21,923 bases of DNA from Candidatus Zixiibacteriota bacterium (lineage in GTDB: Bacteria; Zixibacteria; MSB-5A5; WJJR01), in assembly GCA_036170655.1 (NCBI GenBank), contig JAVHPP010000009.1, forward strand, positions 1-21,923, written 5' to 3'. How positions within the stretch are numbered: position 1 is the first letter of the stretch; each line of letters begins with the position of its first letter. The position numbers and the translations under genes were made by a program. Shown piece after piece: positions 16,890 to 21,923 of the stretch. Under the pieces are notes generated by a model. That model made no database searches and was not told the DNA's origin. It was given only the letters and a program-made list of their open reading frames with translations.

Positions 16890-18020
16890 ATGCTCAACTT
16901 CCGGATTGAGAGCACATCGGGCGCAGCACGGGCTGGTATTCTGGAAGTCAATGGCCATGTCGTGCCCACTCCGGTCTTCATGCCGGTGGGCACGGCGGGA
17001 TCGGTTAAGGCCATGCCGCCCTGCGACCTCGCGGCGCTGGGCGCGCCCATCGTGCTCGGAAACACCTACCACCTCTATTTGCGTCCTGGGGTTGACATTG
17101 TCCGTCAGGCCGGTGGCCTGCACCGTTTCGCGGCCTGGCCGGGCGCCATCTTGACCGACTCTGGCGGCTATCAGATATTCAGTCTTCAGGAACTTCGCAA
17201 GATCGAAACCGACGGAGTGCGCTTCCGATCGCATCTCGACGGATCCGAGCACTTCTTCACCCCGGAAGATGTTTATGAAATCCAGATGGGGCTGGGCAGC
17301 GACATCGCCATGGTTCTCGATGTTTGCACTCCCTATCCCGCGACGGAAGCCGCTGCTGCCTCTGATCTTCAAGTGACACTCGAGTGGGCGCGCCGGTCAA
17401 GAGCGCGATACGAATCCGTCAACGCGATATTGCATACAAGCTTATATGGCATTGTTCAAGGATCAGTTTATGCGTCTCTGCGACGGCAATCGGCCATGCG
17501 TCTGGTGGAAATCGGCTTTGACGGATACGCCATCGGTGGTCTCTCGGTCGGGGAACCAAAAGAGGCCATGTTCGAGATGGTGGCGGTATCGGCCGAGTCT
17601 CTGCCAGCCAGCCAGCCACGATATCTAATGGGGGTCGGTACACCCGGAGACATCGTGCGTGCCATCGGTATGGGAGTCGACATGTTCGATTGTGTATTGC
17701 CGACACGCAATGGCCGTAACGGGACCGCCTTCACGCCCGATGGCCCGATTCCCGTCAAGGCCGCGCGATATTCCAGGGATTTCACCCCGATCGACTCCGA
17801 CTGTGCCTGCCAAACCTGTCAGAATTACACCCGTGCCTACCTGCGTCATTTGTTCAATGCCAGGGAAATCGCCGCAATGATGTTGACGACGCGCCATAAT
17901 TTGCATTTCTACCTCGGATTGGTGCGCCGTGCGCGGGCGGCGATTGCCATGAATGAGTATGACCAGTTTGCTGAGACCTTTTTGAACCGATATGTTGAGA
18001 GCGTTTCCGTCAATGACTAA
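16890..18020 (+). CDS. tgt: queuine tRNA-ribosyltransferase (tRNA-guanine transglycosylase)
   Basis: TPVFMPVGT, LGNTYHL, LTDSGGYQ, YGIVQG, PRYLMGVG, DMFDCVLPTRNGRNG and Zn site CACQTC...H. Confidence 0.96.
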   Translation: MLNFRIESTSGAARAGILEVNGHVVPTPVFMPVGTAGSVKAMPPCDLAALGAPIVLGNTYHLYLRPGVDIVRQAGGLHRFAAWPGAILTDSGGYQIFSLQELRKIETDGVRFRSHLDGSEHFFTPEDVYEIQMGLGSDIAMVLDVCTPYPATEAAAASDLQVTLEWARRSRARYESVNAILHTSLYGIVQGSVYASLRRQSAMRLVEIGFDGYAIGGLSVGEPKEAMFEMVAVSAESLPASQPRYLMGVGTPGDIVRAIGMGVDMFDCVLPTRNGRNGTAFTPDGPIPVKAARYSRDFTPIDSDCACQTCQNYTRAYLRHLFNAREIAAMMLTTRHNLHFYLGLVRRARAAIAMNEYDQFAETFLNRYVESVSVND

Positions 18021-18029
18021 GGAGGACGA

Positions 18030-18362
18030 GTGTTGAATGTATGGCCCGCTATGGGGACGACGCCGACAGGCGGCGGAGCAAATAACCCCAACCCGCTTTT
18101 GACCTTTCTCCCGTTTGTTCTGATGATTGTGGTGGTCTGGTTTCTGCTCATCCGGCCCCAGAGAAAGCGGCAGAAAGAACACCAAACCATGCTCACCCAA
18201 CTGTCCAAAGGGGACAAAGTGGTCACCAACTCCGGGATGCTCGGCACGATTGTCGGCATCAACGAGACCCGTGTTACGCTGCGGGTCGGAGACGATACCA
18301 GAAACGAGACCAAGATCGAGTTTCTGAAAACCGCGATCGCGGGAAAACTGGACAAGGAGTAG
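18030..18362 (+). CDS. yajC: preprotein translocase subunit YajC
   Basis: Single TM followed by FLLIRPQRKRQKEH and LSKGDKVVTNSGMLGTI. SD AAGGAGG; follows tgt. Confidence 0.95.
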   Translation: MLNVWPAMGTTPTGGGANNPNPLLTFLPFVLMIVVVWFLLIRPQRKRQKEHQTMLTQLSKGDKVVTNSGMLGTIVGINETRVTLRVGDDTRNETKIEFLKTAIAGKLDKE

Positions 18363-18417
18363 GGGCGACTCCTGGATTTGCTGGGAATACACCCGGACAG
18401 ACTCTCAGGATGTATCG

Positions 18418-18972
18418 ATGATCTATGACATTCGCCTCTACGGTGACCCGGTGCTGCGCAAACCTGCTATGCACGTCACGGAATTTGACGAGTCCCTGCG
18501 CCAGTTGTCCAATGATCTTGTCGCGGTGCAGGAGAAAGCGGGCGCGGTCGGCTTGGCGGCGGTCCAGATCGGTGTGGGATTGAGGGCGTTCTCGGTCGAC
18601 GGGACACAGCTGCAGCGTCGTGGCCGACGCGAGGTCCTGATCAATCCGGAACTCGTCGAAGCGACAGGGGAGATCGTCGACGAAGAGGGGTGCCTGTCAT
18701 TTCCGGGGATTTTCGTGAAGATCGCGCGCCCACGCTGGGTGGCGATTCGTGCGCAGGACATCAACGGCAGGAAGCTGGAGCGTGAGGCCGATGGCTTCCT
18801 CGCGCGTGCATATCTTCATGAAATTGACCACCTCTGCGGGCGTCTCTTTATCGACCGGATGGACCCGGACACGCGGGCCAAACTTGTGGGAAAGATGCAG
18901 GCGATGCACGCGAAGAGGAGCCCGCTGCACAGTGCGTCGCCGCTGGCCCCCAGCCGTGAAGATGACGCGTGA
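18418..18972 (+). CDS. def: peptide deformylase
   Basis: YGDPVLRK, GLAAVQIG, EGCLSFPG and HEIDHL. Confidence 0.95.
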   Translation: MIYDIRLYGDPVLRKPAMHVTEFDESLRQLSNDLVAVQEKAGAVGLAAVQIGVGLRAFSVDGTQLQRRGRREVLINPELVEATGEIVDEEGCLSFPGIFVKIARPRWVAIRAQDINGRKLEREADGFLARAYLHEIDHLCGRLFIDRMDPDTRAKLVGKMQAMHAKRSPLHSASPLAPSREDDA

Positions 18973-19937
18973 AGGTGATCTTTTTCGGCACCGGCGCGTT
19001 TGGGCTGCCGACGTTGCAGGCCATCCATTCGCGGCCGGAATATGACCTTTGTGGCGTTGTCACCGGTCCTGATAAGCCGCAGGGGAGAGGACAAAAGATT
19101 TTGCCGACACCAGTCGGGACGTGGGCCGAGGAGCACAGTTTTAGTCCAGTCTGGAAGCCGGATAGACTGCGTGCCCCGGAGTTCGCGGCGTGTTTGCGTG
19201 AGGTGAACGCCGACGTTTTTGTCGTGGTCGCATACCGGATTTTGCCGGAAAGGGTCTTTGTATTGGCACGCCATGCATTCAACCTTCATGCGTCTCTGCT
19301 GCCCGCCTATCGCGGCGCCGCGCCGATTCCGAGGGCGATCATGGCCGGGGAGGCGGTCACCGGTGTGACAACGTTTCTCTTGCAGCAAACTGTCGACACC
19401 GGCGGGATTCTCCGGCAGAAAAGCACGGCCATCACGCCCGGGGAAAACGCTGGCCAATTGACGGACCGTCTCGCGCAGATCGGCGCCGGGTTGGTGAGCG
19501 AGACGCTAAAGATGATAGCGGATGGCCCTGTCGTGCCGCGCCCACAGGACGAGTCGATGGCCTCCCCTGCGCCGAAGATCGAACGGGAAGACCGGCTGCT
19601 GGATTTCAATGCTAACGCGACAGAGTTGATCAACAGGGTACGTGCGCTCGCTCCCAGTCCCGCTGCCCTTGCCCGGTTCCGTGGGAAACTCGTTAAGATG
19701 CTGGCGCTCGACGATGCGGAACGGATGACGGATCATCCGGTAAAAGCGAAGGCCGGAGGGCGGGCATTACCGGGTGAGATTCTGATCGCCGATCCCCGGT
19801 CCCGCTTGGTCCTGGCGTGTGGCGATGGTGCGCTCACGGTGGGATTGATCCAGCCGGAAGGAAAGGCCTGCCAGTCCGGAGCCGAATTTGTGCGGGGGTA
19901 CAGGGTTCAGGCTGGCGAGCGCTTTGAAAGAGTGTAG
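18969..19937 (+). CDS. fmt: methionyl-tRNA formyltransferase
   Basis: MKVIFFGT, PDKPQGRG, VVVAY, NLHASLLPAYRGAAPI and VDTG. Overlaps the def stop (GTGA). Confidence 0.95.
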   Translation: MKVIFFGTGAFGLPTLQAIHSRPEYDLCGVVTGPDKPQGRGQKILPTPVGTWAEEHSFSPVWKPDRLRAPEFAACLREVNADVFVVVAYRILPERVFVLARHAFNLHASLLPAYRGAAPIPRAIMAGEAVTGVTTFLLQQTVDTGGILRQKSTAITPGENAGQLTDRLAQIGAGLVSETLKMIADGPVVPRPQDESMASPAPKIEREDRLLDFNANATELINRVRALAPSPAALARFRGKLVKMLALDDAERMTDHPVKAKAGGRALPGEILIADPRSRLVLACGDGALTVGLIQPEGKACQSGAEFVRGYRVQAGERFERV

Positions 19938-20030
19938 TATCACCGGAACACCCTCAATTCCTCCCGTGCAGGGAGATCGGATGTAAGGGGTCGGCCGGCC
20001 AAATGCAACTAATGTAACTGGAGAGATTGG

Positions 20031-21722
20031 ATGGAAATTACAACTATGACAAAACCACCGAACAAGAACGCCAACGCGCCCAGTCGGGCCAAACGCCAGC
20101 CGCAGGACAAGGCGAATCAGCGCAAGCCGCGCCGCCCACGGTGGGAACCGCTGCCCGGGCCGCTGCCGCCGGTCAAGAAGGACATCATCATTAACGCCGG
20201 CGACGAGGAGACGCGGATCGCCATCCTCGAAAACGACAAGCTGGTCGAAATGTGGTACGAACGTCCCGAAGAAGTGAAACTCGCGGGCAGTATCTATAAA
20301 GGGATCGTGACTTCGGTCTTTCCCGGCATGCAGGCGGCTTTTGTCGAGATCGGCGAGGCGCGGACCGCCTTTCTCCATGCCTCCGACATCGGCAAAACCG
20401 TGGAAGGAGATGAAGACAGCGAAGAGGTCGGCGACACCGAACCCAAAGCCGAGTTGATCCACAAAGAGTACCGCGCCAATATCCAGGATGTGATCAAGAA
20501 GGATCAGGTCCTCCTGGTTCAGGTTACCAAGGAACCCCTCGGCACCAAAGGCGCGCGTCTCACGACCCGGGTGTCGATTCCGGGACGCTTCGTCGTGCTG
20601 GTGCCCGATGAAAACCGTGTCCGCGTCTCCAAGCGCATTCTCAATTGGGGGGAAAAGCGCCGGCTGCGCGAAGTACTTGATCCGTTGCGTCCCGACGGAT
20701 GCGGCCTGATCGCCCGCACCGAGGCCGAAGGCTGCGAGGCGAAAGACTTCAAGAACGACATCAAGGACCTGGTCAAAATCTGGAAGCAGGTCAAGAAGGA
20801 TGCCGAAAAAAAGACCGCCCCCTATTGTCTCTATCGCGAAAAAGACCTCACCGGTTCTCTGCTCCGGGACATCTTCACCGATGAAGTCGAACGTCTTGCC
20901 GTCGATGACAAAGATCTGTACAAAGAGGTGGTTTCCTTCTGCAAGAATGTTGCCCCGAAGCTGAAGGACCGCGTGGAATACTACAAGGGTGACGTGCCGA
21001 TCTTCGACCTCTACGGCATCGAGAGCGAGATCGAAAAGATGCTCGAGCGCAAGGTCTGGTTCAAACGCGGCTGCTTCCTCGTGATCGATCAGACCGAGGC
21101 GATGGTGACCATCGACGTCAACACTGGACGGTATGTGGGCAAGACCTCGCAGGAAGACACGATCCTCCATGCCAATCTCGATGCGGCGCACGAGGTGGCG
21201 CGCCAGGTCCGTCTGCGCGACACCGGCGGGCTGATCGTGATTGACTTTATCGACATGATGCATCACGCCAACCGGCGCCATGTCTACGAGGAGTTCAAGA
21301 TGGCCTTCGCCCGCGACCGCGCGAAGAATTCGATCGCGCCGATCTCCGAGTACGGCCTGATCGAGATGACCCGCCAGCGCATCCGGCCGTCGATCCTCCT
21401 GACCCTGTCGGATCCGTGCCCGACATGCAACGGCACGGGGCGCGTGCTTTCGGCTGAGACAGTGGCTGCTAAGATCGAACGCTGGTTCATTCGCGCCCGG
21501 CTGGCATCCGATGTGCGCAATTTCCGCCTTGTGGTGCACCCCGTTGAGGCCGAGCATCTGACCAAAAACAGGGAAGAACGACTCAAGCGCATCCGCAAGA
21601 TGATCAAGCGCAACATCGAGCTGGAGGTCGATCGGTTGCTTGCGCCGGACAGGTTCCGTGTTTTCGCCGCCGATGACAATGTCGAGCTCTCCGAAATGTT
21701 TGATCCGCGGCTGGTGAAGTGA
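20031..21722 (+). CDS. ribonuclease E/G family (Rne/Rng; catalytic domain only, no long C-terminal scaffold)
   Basis: ETRIAILE, S1 domain IYKGIV...PGMQAAFVEIG, VQVTKEP, TIDVNTG, LRDTGGLIVIDFIDM, EMTRQR and Zn-link CPTCNGTG. SD GGAGAG. Confidence 0.94.
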   Translation: MEITTMTKPPNKNANAPSRAKRQPQDKANQRKPRRPRWEPLPGPLPPVKKDIIINAGDEETRIAILENDKLVEMWYERPEEVKLAGSIYKGIVTSVFPGMQAAFVEIGEARTAFLHASDIGKTVEGDEDSEEVGDTEPKAELIHKEYRANIQDVIKKDQVLLVQVTKEPLGTKGARLTTRVSIPGRFVVLVPDENRVRVSKRILNWGEKRRLREVLDPLRPDGCGLIARTEAEGCEAKDFKNDIKDLVKIWKQVKKDAEKKTAPYCLYREKDLTGSLLRDIFTDEVERLAVDDKDLYKEVVSFCKNVAPKLKDRVEYYKGDVPIFDLYGIESEIEKMLERKVWFKRGCFLVIDQTEAMVTIDVNTGRYVGKTSQEDTILHANLDAAHEVARQVRLRDTGGLIVIDFIDMMHHANRRHVYEEFKMAFARDRAKNSIAPISEYGLIEMTRQRIRPSILLTLSDPCPTCNGTGRVLSAETVAAKIERWFIRARLASDVRNFRLVVHPVEAEHLTKNREERLKRIRKMIKRNIELEVDRLLAPDRFRVFAADDNVELSEMFDPRLVK

Positions 21723-21923
21723 TCGCGCGCTCGGCAACATCAGTCCTGGAATCGTCGCCCGCGCCGTCGGCTCCACTCCACCGGCAATTTGCCCCGGAAG
21801 AATGGTGCTGCTACCAAACTATGGGGTCTTGGCGTGGAGGGGGCATTCGGACGGGCGATGCGAGAGACGGCGTACATATAAGGCCTTTGCTGCGCGCGCG
21901 TCGGGCCATACGTCTTTCTTGGA

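Noticed and set aside
19767..21776. 669-aa minus-strand ORF
   Set aside because: Antisense shadow of the RNase E/G gene caused by GC-rich codon bias; no recognisable motifs.
1..21923. CRISPR array, prophage or defence system
   Set aside because: No regularly spaced repeats and no cas, phage or defence-like ORFs; the repeats found are dispersed REP hairpins.

Overview
GC-rich chromosomal window from a diderm bacterium. The lapAB genes, two outer-membrane barrels and the tgt-yajC-def-fmt-rne order are suggestive of an FCB-superphylum or related candidate phylum, which is inference only. In order, it holds: an acyl-CoA/ketone-body catabolic cluster (methylmalonyl-CoA epimerase, 3-oxoacid CoA-transferase A/B, thiolase, 3-hydroxybutyryl-CoA dehydrogenase, two tandem acyl-CoA dehydrogenases); a truncated REP-associated tyrosine transposase (RAYT) remnant; a half-size TauE protein; lapB-lapA; tRNA-Arg(CCG); a GT4 glycosyltransferase; pepA; a conserved hypothetical protein; an RlmI-type methyltransferase; a small OM beta-barrel; a DtxR-family regulator followed by a putative OM barrel and a monoheme cytochrome c lipoprotein; and tgt-yajC-def-fmt-rne. 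Best candidates for new biology: (1) a compact DtxR-controlled porin + cytochrome c module, with three matching 14-bp operator boxes on two promoters; (2) a probable obligate heteromeric acyl-CoA dehydrogenase pair, as the second subunit has lost its cross-subunit FAD-binding residues; (3) several distinct REP families scattered through the intergenic spaces, plus the decayed RAYT. All family assignments come from motif recognition by eye, with no database searches.
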